A stretch of DNA of 64,000 nt from Octopus sinensis (lineage: Eukaryota). Positions 1 through 11,602 of this stretch are shown here, one piece after another. A program made the position numbers and the translations under genes. The stretch spans positions 26,226,001 through 26,290,000 of the forward strand of contig NC_042998.1 in assembly GCF_006345805.1 (NCBI RefSeq), written 5' to 3'. The first letter of the stretch is position 1. Each line of letters starts with the position of its first letter. Below the pieces are notes generated by a model, which ran no database searches, was not told the origin of the DNA, and saw only the letters and a program-made list of their open reading frames with translations.

Positions 1-369
1 TCCCTGATGCAATCAATATAGATGTAATAGTCTGTTGATGATTTAATACAATTTAGAGATAGCTAACAGTTACTACACGATGCAATCAATATATAGATAA
101 CTATCAACCACTTCATACTGTAAATCAGCAATCGCATGTAGATCAATCAAAACCCATAGCTCAGATCTAATGGCAAAGCTGAGACAATTAGCAGACTTTG
201 TACTAAAGCTTAATATTAAACTAGCTTCCTATTGATATCAGTGAAAGCTGATGAAACATTTTGAAATTATCCAGCATTTCTGCAGCTTAAAGCTAAAAAG
301 CTTCGCTGTGGTTACAATGTGTCAACAGCTGGAGGGATGTTTCGCTCGTAGTAAACTGTCTTGGCCACA

Positions 370-650
370 TATGCTTGTGTAGGTATGTGCGTGTATGTGT
401 GTGTGTATGTGTGTGGGTATGTATGTGTGTGTTTATGTGGGTGTGCATGTGTGTGTATGTGTATGTGTGTATGTGTGTGTGTGTATGTATGTGTGTGTAC
501 TTGTGTCTATGTGTGTGTGCTTGTGTGGGTTTGTGTGTGCTTGCGTATGTGTGTTCTTGTGTATGTTTGGGTGTGTTTGCTTGTGTGTGCTTGTGTGTGC
601 TTGTGTGTTTGTGTGTGTATGTGTGTGTGCTTGTGTGTGTGTGTAAAGTG
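370..650. repeat. Imperfect (TG)n microsatellite
   Basis: Continuous TG/TGTA/TGCT units; explains ORFs 361-711. Confidence 0.95.
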
Positions 651-830
651 CATTGTCAGTGACAACATGCACACTGCAGATTTTTTGTTGTTGGTGCAAA
701 CGCATTATTGAGTTGCCTTGCAGTTTTTACATGCTTGTGCTTTTGAGCATGTGCCTAAATGTGTGTGTGTATGTATGTGTGCATGCATATGTGTATGCAT
801 ATATATACATATATATATTTACACACACAC

Positions 831-871
<41 letters not shown>

Positions 872-934
872 TTATACATATATTTACACACACAAAAATA
901 TGCATGCATAAAAAATAAAAATCGTCATTAGATA

Positions 935-1298
935 TGACAAAGGGTGTTAGAACTCCTACAATGCTAGAAATAAGAGCCAATGTCCTCTGATGCAGCAGTC
1001 AACACACACTATTGTATACATACATACTGACAGTGGCTGTAAATGGCCAAACTTGGCAGTCGTGATATCCCTATACTGCTGACGATTTTGGCTTGAAGAC
1101 CAAAACCTCTTCAGTAGAGTCAGCACCAAACACCAGATTCCAGATAAGATTGCCCCCAGCTAGAAATAAGAGCTAAAGTGCTCTGATCCTGCAGTTGATG
1201 CACATAATTGTACACATACATACTGACAGTGACTGTAAATAGCCGAAATGGTAGTCATGACACTCCTAGCATTGTAGGTATTCTAACGCCTTCTGTCA
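935..1298. mobile_element. Non-autonomous TIR element (MITE), TA-flanked, Tc1/mariner-type
   Basis: Left TGACAAAGGGTGTTAGAACTCCTACAATGCTAG (935-967) is the near reverse complement of CTAGCATTGTAGGTATTCTAACGCCTTCTGTCA (1266-1298); TA on both sides; internal ~110-bp direct repeat. Confidence 0.75.
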
Positions 1299-1489
1299 TA
1301 TTTATTGACAATCATAATTTCATTATATATATATATATATATATATATATCTATATATATAGTAATTTATTGTCATATCGTGGTTCATTTATCACGGTTT
1401 ATTATTTAAGTTTACATTGATTCCTCCGTGGTGTTGTTTTGCATTTATGATAAAATAAATATATAGAAATTATAAAAATAATTCTAAAA

Positions 1490-1584
1490 TATATACAGTA
1501 CAGTACTGTTTCTACTTCATGGGTTTTCACCTATTGTACGGGTTTTGGAATGTAACACGTGCAATAGTCGAGGGATTACTACAT
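1490..1584. mobile_element. Possible pogo/Tigger-type terminal remnant
   Basis: Ends ...AATAGTCGAGGGATTACTACATA, resembling a CAGTAATCCCTCG-type TIR plus TA; second end not found. Confidence 0.3.
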
Positions 1585-1724
1585 ATATATATATGTGTGT
1601 GTGTGTAGGTATGTATGTATAAACACACACACACACATATATATATACATATATATAACATATATATACATATATATAAACATATATATAAGTGTATATA
1701 TATGTGTATATATGAAAATATTAC

Positions 1725-1812
1725 ACTCTTGGAGTGGTTGGTGTTAGGAAGGGCATCCAGCCATAGAAAACCATGCTAAATCAGACTGGAGCCTGGCGTA
1801 GCCTTCCAGCAT
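1725..1812 (+). mobile_element. Family C (RTE 3' end) fragment
   Basis: GGAGTGGTTGGTGTTAGGAAGGGCATCCAGC matches 15428-15460. Confidence 0.75.
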
Positions 1813-1941
1813 GCTAACAATTCTGCCAGCTCAGCACCTTGATAACTGTTTAATAATGTAAAAGTTAGTTATTTTCAGAGAATCTTTCTGTGTTCTTGAA
1901 TATTTCTAAAATTAATTAAAACACATAGGAAGTGTATTTTT

Positions 1942-2150
1942 TTCTACTCTAGGGACAAGACCCGAAATTTTGGGGGAGGGTTCCAGTTGATTAGATCAAC
2001 CTCAGTATGCAACTGGTATTTAATTTATCAGCCCCGAAAGAATGAAAGGCAAAATCAATCTTGGTGGAATTTGAACACAGAACATATAGACAGACGAAAT
2101 GCCGCTAAGCATTTCACCCGGCATGCTAATGATTCTGCCAGCTCACCATC
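1942..2150 (-). mobile_element. SINE family B (tRNA-like head, Meta/MESC-like core)
   Basis: Reverse complement of the B consensus seen at 24573 and 42368. Confidence 0.8.
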
Positions 2151-2255
2151 TTGGTAACAGTTTAATAATGTAAGTTAGTAATTTTCAGAAAACTCTTCTG
2201 AGTTCTTGAATATTTTCAAAATTAATAAAAGCATATAGGAAGTATATTGCATTAG

Positions 2256-2309
2256 GAATTTGGTCACAGGAGGATCGCATTTATATGCAGAACCAAGAGC
2301 AGAAATTTG
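2256..2309 (+). CDS. Candidate 54-nt internal exon, (G)IWSQEDRIYMQNQEQKF
   Basis: tattgcattag| acceptor, TTG|gtaaag donor, phase 1-1, open frame; no homology recognised. Confidence 0.25.
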
Positions 2310-2694
2310 GTAAAGTGTTGCAGGCAGTTGGAATTATACAAAATTTACATGTGGAATTCCAACAGCTGTATAGATATATTTCTTTATTATTTGAATATTA
2401 TCCTAGCAACAGTACTTGGAAGCAATATTTACTCAATCAGATATTTCAGAAAGACTAACAACAGACAACTGGATTTGCTTTATCGAATAATAATGCATAG
2501 TTGAAACCAATTAAAACTACTACAAAAAATAAATAAATAAATAAATAAAATAAAATAGAATAATTCCAGAAATAGAAATATAAGAGATCTGTGTAATTTA
2601 TATAGATCTATAAAATCACAATGAAAATCTTTACCTGACAGACAAGTAGTCTTGTGGTAGATAAAATATCAAACAGCAAAATATTTGTTCAAAC

Positions 2695-3111
2695 AGGCGC
2701 AGGAGTGGCTGTGAGGTAAGTAGCTTGCTAACCAACCACATGGTTCTGGGTTCAGTCCCACTGCGTGGCACCTTGGGCAAGTGTCTTCTACTATAGCCTC
2801 GGGTCGACCAAAGCCTTGTGAGTGGATTTGGTAGACGGAAACTGAAAGAAGCCTATCGTATAAATGTATATATATATATATATGTATGTGTGTGTATGTG
2901 TTTGTGTATCTGTGTTTGTTCCCCTAGCATTGCTTGGCAACCGATGCTGGTGTGTTTACATCCCCATCACTTAGCAGTTTGGCAAAAGAGACCGATAGAA
3001 TAAATACTGGGCTTACAAAGAATAAGTCCCGGGGTCGATTTGCTCAACTAAAGGCGGTGCTCCAGTATGGCCACAGTCAAATGACTGAAACCAGTAAAAG
3101 AGTAAAAAAGT
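2695..3111 (+). mobile_element. SINE family A, full length
   Basis: Head GGCGCAGGAGTGGCTGTG..GGTTCAGTCCCACTGCG, central (TA)/(TG) tract, tail AAATGACTGAAAC..AGTAAAAGAGT; more than 20 similar copies in window. Confidence 0.9.
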
Positions 3112-3269
3112 AAACAAAATGTAAATTTCCAGATTTGAAGAGGAACCCTAACTAGATTAACTCCCTAAAATATATATACAAAAAAAAACAATAATAATAG
3201 AATCACCTGAGCAGATTCAGTACCTCCATGATACACAAGGTTATTTCCATTTTCTTTCGGGGTCATTAT

Positions 3270-3428
3270 TTACACACACACACACACACACACACAACAC
3301 ACACCACACACACACATACACACACACAGACACAGACACACGCATACACACACACACACACACACACGCACAGACACACACACCCACACACGCACACACA
3401 CACACAGAGGCACAGACACACACACCCA

Positions 3429-3465
<37 letters not shown>

Positions 3466-3808
3466 ACACACACACACACACCACACACACACACACACAC
3501 ACAGACACCCACACACCCACACACCCACACACACACACACACCCACACACACACACAACACACACACACACACGCACAGACACACACACCCACACACGCA
3601 CACACACACACAGAGGCACAGACACACACACCCACACACAGACACACACACACACACACACCACCCACCCCACACACAGACATACACACACACAGACACA
3701 CACACAGACACCCACACACCCACACACCCACACACACACACACCCACACTCACACACAGACACACACAGACAGACAGACACACACACACACAGACATACA
3801 CAACACAT
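3270..3808. repeat. Long imperfect (CA)n array
   Basis: ~540 bp of CA with CAGA/CCCA interruptions; explains ORFs 3228-3852. Confidence 0.95.
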
Positions 3809-4170
3809 GTAGGTTTACCGAAGTCAAAGTCTGTATATTTCATTTTCGGCAAGTTTAAGAACGATTAATATACAATGATGTTTGCATGGCAAAACCATGT
3901 TAAATGCAGCTCTATTTTCTTTTGGAGAATTAATTTTATTCCACATACAACAGCACTCCAGGTTAACTCGTAACCAATTACTTTCAAATATTTGAATATT
4001 TGTCACGTCACAATGTCAAGAATAAGGTATGCATGGATGATGAGAGCCAACAAGTTGAAACAGTTAGCCAATTTCCAGTAATTTCCTCACATTTTGCATT
4101 CTAAGTGAAAGCAGAATTGGAAAGGGTAGAAAGAATTATGCAACCTGTTCTTAATAATCATGTTCATATT

Positions 4171-4588
4171 ACTCTTTACTCTTTTACTTGTTTTAGTCAT
4201 TTGACTGCGGCCATGCTGGAGCACCGCTTTTAGTCAAGCAAATCGACCCCAGGACTTATTCTTTGTAAGCCTAGTACTTATTCTATCGGTCTCTTTTGCC
4301 GAACCGCTAAGTGACGGGGACGTAAACACACACCAGCATCGGTTGTCAAGCAATGCTAGGGGGACAAACACAGACACACAAACATACACACACACATATA
4401 TATATATATATACATACATATATACGACGGGCTTCTTTCAGTTTCCATCTACCAAATCCACTCACAAGGCTTTGGTTGGCCCGAGGCTATAGTAGAAAAC
4501 ACTTGCCCAAGATGCTACGCAGTGGGACTGAACCCGGAACCATGTGGTTGGTTAGCAAGCTACTTACCACACAGCCACTCCTGCGCCT
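4171..4588 (-). mobile_element. SINE family A, full length
   Basis: Reverse complement of 2695-3111. Confidence 0.9.
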
Positions 4589-4667
4589 ATGTCATGGAAT
4601 TAAAGCCACTGTAGCTATTCTGTTGTTCCATATTGGTTTAGTTTCTCTGGTACTCACTGAGTAGTGA

Positions 4668-4790
4668 AGGCACATGGCTCAGTGGTTAGAGTGTCAAGCT
4701 TACGATCGTGAGGTTGTGAGTTTGAATACTGAAGTGGGATGCGTGTTGTGTTCTTGAGCAAGACACTTTATTTCATGTTGCTTCAGTTGA
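4668..4790 (+). mobile_element. SINE family D, 5' fragment
   Basis: GGCACATGGCTCAGTGGTTAGAG A-box head then TGTGTTCTTGAGCAAGACACTTTATTTC. Confidence 0.75.
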
Positions 4791-4918
4791 TTACACAGAA
4801 CCCAGTGTTCAACTGATATCTAGTATTGGTTTCAAATTTTGGCACAAGGCCAGCAAGTCTGGGGGAGGGTGTAAGTCAATCAGATTGATCTCAGTGATTC
4901 ACTAGTGATTAACCAGTG

Positions 4919-5252
4919 AAGGCGTATGGCTCAGTGTTTAGAGCGTCAAGCTAATGAACATGAAGTTGTGAGTGTGAATCCCAGACTAGGCTGCGTGTTA
5001 TGTTCTTGAGCAAGACACTTTATTTCACGCTGCTCCATTTCACTCAGCTGTAGAAATGAGTTGCGGCATCACTGATGCCGAGCTGTATCAGTCTTTGCCT
5101 TTCCCTTGGATAACACTGGTGGTGTGGAGAAGGGAGGCCGGTATGCATGGGTGATTGCTGGTCTTCCATAAACAACCTTGCCCGGACTTGTGCCTGGGAC
5201 AATAACTTTCTAGGTGCAATCCCATGGTCAGTCATAACCGAAGGGGGTCTCT
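4919..5252 (+). mobile_element. SINE family D, full length (CORE-like central block)
   Basis: tRNA-like head, TTCTTGAGCAAGACACTTTATTTCACG..CACTCAGCTGTAGAAATGAG block, tail ..GACCGAAGGGGGTCTC; matches 7728-8062. Confidence 0.85.
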
Positions 5253-5990
5253 CGACAACTCACTGACTAAATATCAAATCAAGATGGAACACAGTCGTGG
5301 ATGCAAGGGTGTTGCCCTAGTTGCCTGGGCAACACCCTATCTAGCTGAACCAACACCAAAAGATCAGGACCAAGGTTTAAGAAGGATTAAATTTTGAAAA
5401 TACAAGCTTGAACTTTAATGATGGTTTTGTTGTTTTCATTAACTTGGATTATAAAGTGACCATGTTATTAAGTTATGATACACACACGTGTCGTTTGCCA
5501 CTACTTTCCATAAGTAAATCAATACTCACTGCACCATTGCAAATATAACATTGTTATTTTATTCCTAGTAGTTTCACAGCATTACTTTTTCATATGCATA
5601 TGGTTCTGAGTTCAGTCCCACTGCATGGCACCTAGAGCCAGTGTCTTCTACTATAGCCTCAGGACAGCCAAAGCCTTCTGAGAGCATTTGATAGATGGAA
5701 ACTGAAAGAAGTTAGAATACATAAAAATGTATGGGATTACCTTGGGTCTCATGTCCATAAAGCACTTAGCTTTACAGCATATCTACCAAAGTTTCTGGCT
5801 TTAAGGGTATTGTGAAAGGCCTGGTTAGAGGCCCAACATTCTGAGTTCTTTTATGGGGCTTAAAAAAGCAGAAGGACCATTGCAATAAGTGTGTGAATCT
5901 GAGAGAGGAATATATTGAATAAAATCATAATTAACTGATTCTACTGCATTTTCTTTTACTCAAAGCCAGGAACTTTTCAGCATCCCCTCA

Positions 5991-6032
<42 letters not shown>

Positions 6033-6841
6033 TGTGTGTGTACTATAGTTTTTTTTCAGTTTCAATCTACCAAATCTACTTACAAAACTTTGGTTGGCCT
6101 GGGGCTATAACAGATAGCAGAAGACGCTTGCCCAAGATGCCATGCAGTGGGAATGAACCTGAAACCATGTGGTTGAGGAGCAAACTGTTCACCTACACAA
6201 CCATGCCAATACATTTTATTATTCATTCATTGTTATCATAAAATCTTGTTGCTTGTAAGTATTCTGTATAATTTACTATTAGTTATATCAGCATGTGTTC
6301 AATTGAAGGAAAACACTGTAGTAGCACAAAATATCAAAGCATTACAAGGGTACAAGAACCATGATCTCCCACCAGGCCGCATCTCTGCCAAAATGTGGTG
6401 CATCGGTATCTGCTAGTTTAACGAGTATAGTAGAGGAGATAGTGAGACAGGTACTGTTCTACTATTCTACATTATGTTCAGTCTTAAGGCTATGGGTATT
6501 GTCTTATATATTTCTGTAGTATGATAATGGTACCTGTCAACAATGCTTCTCTCACACTATGAAGTAACAAAAGTGTTCAAAAATGAAAAGCTAAAAATGA
6601 AAGATAATGGCTTCAGATTTTGGCACAAGGCTAGCAAGTTCAAAGACAGGGGTTCATTGATTACATCAACACCTGTACTCAACTGGTACTTAATTTATCG
6701 GCCCAAGGAAAAAGGATGAAAAGCAAAGTTGACCTTGGCAGAATTTGAAATTGAAAGGATGAAAGCATTGAATAAAGAAATATTTTATAATTAATTTGGT
6801 AGGCTAATATAATCATCATTATCATCATCATCATTTAATAT

Positions 6842-7223
6842 AGGCGCAGGAGTGGCTGTGTGGTAAGTAGCTTGCTAACCAACCACACGGTTGCGGGTTC
6901 AGTCCCACTGCGTGGCATCTTGGGCAAGTGTCTTCTGCTATAGCCCCGGGCCGACCAATGCCTTGTGAGTGGATTTGGTAGACAGAAACTGAAAGAAGCC
7001 TGTCGTATATATGTATATATATATGTATGCGTGTGTTTGTGTGTCTGTGTTTGTTCCCCTAGCATTGCTTGACAACCGATGCTGGTGTATTTAGGTCCCC
7101 GTCACTTAGCGGTTCGGCAAAAAGAGACCGATAGAATAAGTACTAAAAGGTGGTGCTCCAGCATGGCCGCAGTCAAATGACTGAAACAAGTAAAAGAGTA
7201 AAAGAGAGAGTAAAGAGTAAGAG
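6842..7223 (+). mobile_element. SINE family A
   Basis: Same head and tail as 2695-3111, with a deletion in the 3' part. Confidence 0.9.
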
Positions 7224-7525
7224 TCTGTTTTCCATGCAGGCATGAGTTGGACAGATTGACCGTTTGACTGAATGAAAACTGGTAAGCCAGGGAGTTGCAC
7301 CAGGTATCCAATCTGATTTGGCGTGGTTTCTCTGGCTGGATGCCCTTCCTAACATGAACCACTCCAAGAGATGCAATTGATGTGACACTGGCATCGGCCA
7401 CAACTATGATCTCACTTGGCTTCACAGGTTTTTAAAAACACAATATATTGCCAAAGGTCGCGTCCACCTGTCACTGCCTCTGTGAGACCCAATGCTTGAA
7501 TGGTGCTTTTTACATGCCACCATCA
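7224..7525 (-). mobile_element. Family C (RTE 3' end), diverged
   Basis: GCTGGATGCCCTTCCTAAC and GGTGCTTTTTACATGCCACC motifs. Confidence 0.7.
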
Positions 7526-7727
7526 CATCCAATATTGATTTCAGATTTTGGCACAAGGCCAGTAATTTTAAGGGGTGGGATAAGTTGATTACACAGAACC
7601 CAGTGTTCAATTAATATCTAGTATTGGTTTCAAATTTTGGCACAAGGCCAGCAAGTTTGGGGGAGGGTGTAACTCAATCAGATTGATCCCAGTGATTGAC
7701 TGGTGATTGACCAGTGATTGACCAGTG

Positions 7728-8062
7728 AAGGTGCATGTCTCAGTGGTTAGAGCGTCGAGCTTACGATCGTAAGGTTGTGAGTTCGAATCCTGGACCAGGG
7801 TGCATGTTGTGTTCTTGAGCAAGACACTTAATTTTACATTGCTCCAGTTCACTCAGCCATAAAAATGAGTTGTGACGCCACTGGTGCCAAGCTGTATTGG
7901 CCTTTGCCTTTCCCTTGGATAACATCAGTGGTGTGGAGAGGGGAGGCCAGTATGCATGGGCGACTGTTGGTCTGCCATAAAACAACCTTGCCCGGACTTG
8001 TGCCTTGGAGGGTAACTTTCTAGGTGCAATCTCATGGTCAGTCATGACCAAAGGGGTTCTCA
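7728..8062 (+). mobile_element. SINE family D, full length
   Basis: Matches 4919-5252 end to end. Confidence 0.85.
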
Positions 8063-8477
8063 GCAGTGATTGACTGGTACTTTATTTATCGACCCCAAAA
8101 GGATGAAAGGCAAAGTCAACCTCAGCAGAATTTGAACACAGAACATACAAATAGATGAGATGTTGCCAAGCATTATGACCAGCAAAGATTTGAGGAATTT
8201 TTATGTCTGAAGCCTAAATTTTTTTTACAGAATCACTGTTTTGAATTTCATCTGCCCAATGAAGTGGATGCTAAAATGTTACCAGTTCACTGGATCCTTG
8301 TGACATTAAGTTGTTAAGCTGTGAACTCTCAAATAAAATTGTTTACAGACAATGGAGGAAATCTTCTGGTTTGGATTTCCATCAAAATATATTGGCATAA
8401 GCTTCATTAACCATTTTAAGGTCTTGGATACGAGCATATATATATATTACAGTACAGTTCTATATTTAAGAGATGAG

Positions 8478-8664
8478 GAATTATGTAATTTGTTTACATT
8501 ATTTACATTTGACGGATATTTGTCGTCATCTTGTCTGTTGTTAACACAACATTTCGGTTGATGTACTCACCAGACTTCATCTGGTGCCTTGGGGAAATTT
8601 TGAACCTGGGTTCTCATTCCTAGGGTATTTTTCAATGCTATTATGATTATTATTATCATTATTA

Positions 8665-8719
<55 letters not shown>

Positions 8720-8830
8720 AGTCACTGCCTGGAATCAAACTTGGAATCTTGGAGTTAGTAGCCCGTGCTCTTAACCATTATGCCTTATGTTCGATTCCAG
8801 GCAGTGACCTGAATAATAATAATAATAATA
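8478..8830 (-). mobile_element. Penelope-like element remnant (pseudo-LTR-like) with (TTA)n and terminal inversion
   Basis: Contains a hammerhead-like motif (8543-8588) and inverted pair TTCAAGTCACTGCCTGGAATCAAAC / GTTCGATTCCAGGCAGTGACCTGAA; no RT ORF seen, so family call is inference. Confidence 0.45.
8543..8588 (-). ncRNA. Degenerate minimal type I hammerhead-like motif
   Basis: GGCAC-CAGAUGA-AGUCUGGUGAGUACAUCAACC-GAAAU-GUU-GUGUU: stem I GGCAC/GUGUU; core CAGAUGA (U4 mutated) and GAAA. Confidence 0.45.
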
Positions 8831-9215
8831 ATAATTCTTTGTTACCCACCACTTAAAAACTGGTGTTAGTTTGTTTACATCCCTATAGCATAGTAGTTTG
8901 GAACAAGAGACTGACAGAATAGATACCACACTTTAAAAATAAAGTACAGGGACTGATTTGTTCAACTAACAAATAAGTCATCATGGTGGTGCCCCAACAT
9001 GGCCACAGTCCAACGACTGAAACAACTAAAAGATAAAAAGATTTGTTATCATAGTAATCATGTTGTTTAGCTAATTAAAAACATATTTTAACAAAAATAT
9101 TTCACTGCTCAATTCCTGCAAAAAACTAGTTTCAAAACATGTTAGGTAAACTTTATAAAATAATAATGAGCAAACAACAAAACCTGTTTTCCTTATGCGT
9201 TTTCAATCTTCAAAG

Positions 9216-9357
9216 ATGAAAATATTATCCTTATTTATCAATATTTTCACATTCTATTGGCTGTCGTTATCTGCATGCTGCTCCATAAACAAGCCTTAAA
9301 TTTTGCTCGATGTTTATATTCACTTCATCAGAGAATATTTTCAGTGACCTATTTATG
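9216..9357 (+). CDS. Candidate 142-nt exon, DENIILIYQYFHILLAVVICMLLHKQALNFARCLYSLHQRIFSVTYL
   Basis: ttttcaatcttcaaag| acceptor, ATG|gtatga donor, phase 1-2 open; AT-rich sequence can give such frames by chance. Confidence 0.2.
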
Positions 9358-9737
9358 GTATGAGATACAATTCTATATTCTCTCATTTTTTTCCTTGATA
9401 TAAAACCCAATTAAAAATAATATTTTTCACTCTTTTACAGCATTAATCTTGACCAATAATTAAATAATAATCTCTCCTTTTTTTACTTCTTTTAAATACA
9501 ACTAAATCAATTTTATATGTTACTAATCTATCATTTCTCAGTTCATTACCTGATAGTAGTTATTATATATATATATATCAAATGTATAAACATTACATAT
9601 ACATTATAAATGTATAAACATAATGTATAAACATAATGTATAAACATAATGTATAAACATTATATATATCATATATCATCGATGATGATTATATATCATT
9701 TATCATATATATCTTATATATATTATGTATCATATAT

Positions 9738-9860
9738 CATCATCATCTGGCATGGGTTGGACAGCTTGACAGGAACTGGCCAGCCAGGGAGCTATCAAGG
9801 CTCCAGTTGTCTGTTGTGGCATGGTTCTTACAGCTGGATGCCTTTCCTGACACAGATGCT
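9738..9860 (-). mobile_element. Family C (RTE 3' end) fragment
   Basis: (CAT)n, GGCATGGGTTGGAC..CTACAGCTGGATGCC. Confidence 0.75.
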
Positions 9861-9879
9861 CTTCCTATATATTACATAT

Positions 9880-10020
9880 AGGTGTAGGAGTGGCTGTGTG
9901 GTAAGTAGCTTACTTATGAACCACAGGGTTCCAGGTTCAGTCCCATAGCATGGCACCTTGGGCAAGTGCCTTCTACTATAGCCTCAGGCCGACCAAAGCC
10001 TTGTGAGAGGTATGGCTGTA
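9880..10020 (+). mobile_element. SINE family A, 5' half
   Basis: Head through GCCTTGTGAG. Confidence 0.85.
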
Positions 10021-10998
10021 AAAAACCAAGGCAAAAGTTTTTATATTTCATTCCCTTTGAAATTGCTCTTAAATGTGGTTTTGGTCGTTTTGACTGCTCC
10101 TTCTAGTGTGTAAGGCTGCCTGTTGAGGGTTGCCTCTTTTGTGTTTAAATGTACACTAATTCTATATGGAAAATATGTTGTCTATTGACTTTTTATACAC
10201 TAGGCCACTGGTAGTGAAATTTCTAAAAAAAATTCACTACCCTATATATTTTATGAAATATATATATACTTTAATTTCCTTTATATTTAACATTCACTAT
10301 TAATATCCCTACTCTTTCTGTAAGCTACTTATGACGTTATATCATATAACGTTTTTTAAACAATATTAATAGCATTCAGTCAATCGCTATACAAATCCAT
10401 CATTTTTTGCTAAAATGTCTTATTGACGAGTTTCATTTTTTTTCACTTTCCTGAAGAGAAGATTGCATTGTTTATACCATTTATTCTTTTGAATAGTATC
10501 AGTGGAATTTTCGAAACATATGTCGAAAGTAAAAATATCTGATTTACACCTGCGTTAAACGTTAAACTCCATTTATTTATTCATACATATATATATATAT
10601 GAAAGAAATTGCTTTAAATTGTGATTTATAATACATATATTCCTTGCATATTTCTTCTTCTCCAAACAAGGTGATTGAGCTATTCATATAATAAGATTGC
10701 TAATCAAACTTAAGTCTTCTTAGACTTAGGTTTGAAAACTAAGTTTTCCAAACAAGTCCTTGTAACAGTTTGCTTTCACACTCAAAATGTTTGTACAATA
10801 AAAGTATATAGGTTATGGACTGCGCATACAAAAATATACATATTTGATTTTTATATTTAAAATGCTGTTTGTTTGACCAAAATTTCTAAAGGTTGTGCAT
10901 TGTAAATACAAAAAATACATATTTGGAAGTAAATAATAATATTTATAATTTGATTAGCTACCAGTATAGATATTTCCCACTTCTCTCCAATATTTCAG

Positions 10999-11047
10999 CT
11001 TTCTGTGTTGTTTCTCTACTTGTAAATTCATGTAAAAATATCTACAT
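10999..11047 (+). CDS. Candidate 49-nt exon, FCVVSLLVNSCKNIY
   Basis: ttctctccaatatttcag| acceptor and CAT|gtaagc donor both strong; only phase 1-2 is open. Confidence 0.25.
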
Positions 11048-11204
11048 GTAAGCTAACGTAACTGTATTCAATCTACCTGGGTACATGGCAGTGACATGAC
11101 AACAGATAAAAATCAACAAAAAGTAAAACCAAATTCACAATGTACACCAGCAGTCACCAAGTTTCACCCAAATTTATGAAATAGTTTTATTTTTATGATT
11201 TTTA

Positions 11205-11602
11205 TACTAGACTAGCAGTATCGCCCAGCATTGCTCGGGTTTGTTTCGACCCTTTAGAATTGGAATTTTTGAAAAGTAAAACTTTTGCATTATGTAGCTT
11301 GTTATTCTCTTTAAGTGAACATTTTTCTGGTTGAAATACACCGAAGAATGGCAACACAGCAGTAAAAAAATCGTAAAAAATAGGGATTTTCATAGAACGA
11401 AAGCACCTTTTTGATGTAAATAATTTTGGTGTTAACATGGTCTGATTTGGATTTTTTTTCTACAGAAGGAAGAGCAAGCCTTCTTCTATCATACTCTCAA
11501 TTTTGGTCAACTTGCACCCCAGGGTCTCAGAGGAGATAGTGTTAGTTGAAGGCTACCAAACCTGCCATACACAGACAACTTCAGCTTTAAATATATAGAG
11601 AT
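11205..11602 (+). mobile_element. Non-autonomous Helitron/HINE-type element
   Basis: 5' ACTAGCAGTATCGCCCAGCATTGCTCGGG and 3' ACAGACAACTTCAGCTTTAAATATATAGAG resemble termini of Lep1/DINE-type rolling-circle elements (recalled motif). Confidence 0.55.

Noticed and set aside
240-290. CTGATGA..GAAA hammerhead-like words
   Set aside because: No credible stem I or stem II pairing.
361-931. Long ORFs rich in C/V, H/T, I/Y, poly-S/L/N (also 3228-3852, 29436-30016, 31536-31802, 32514-33099, 34723-35437, 50707-51206)
   Set aside because: They are translations of stop-free microsatellites.
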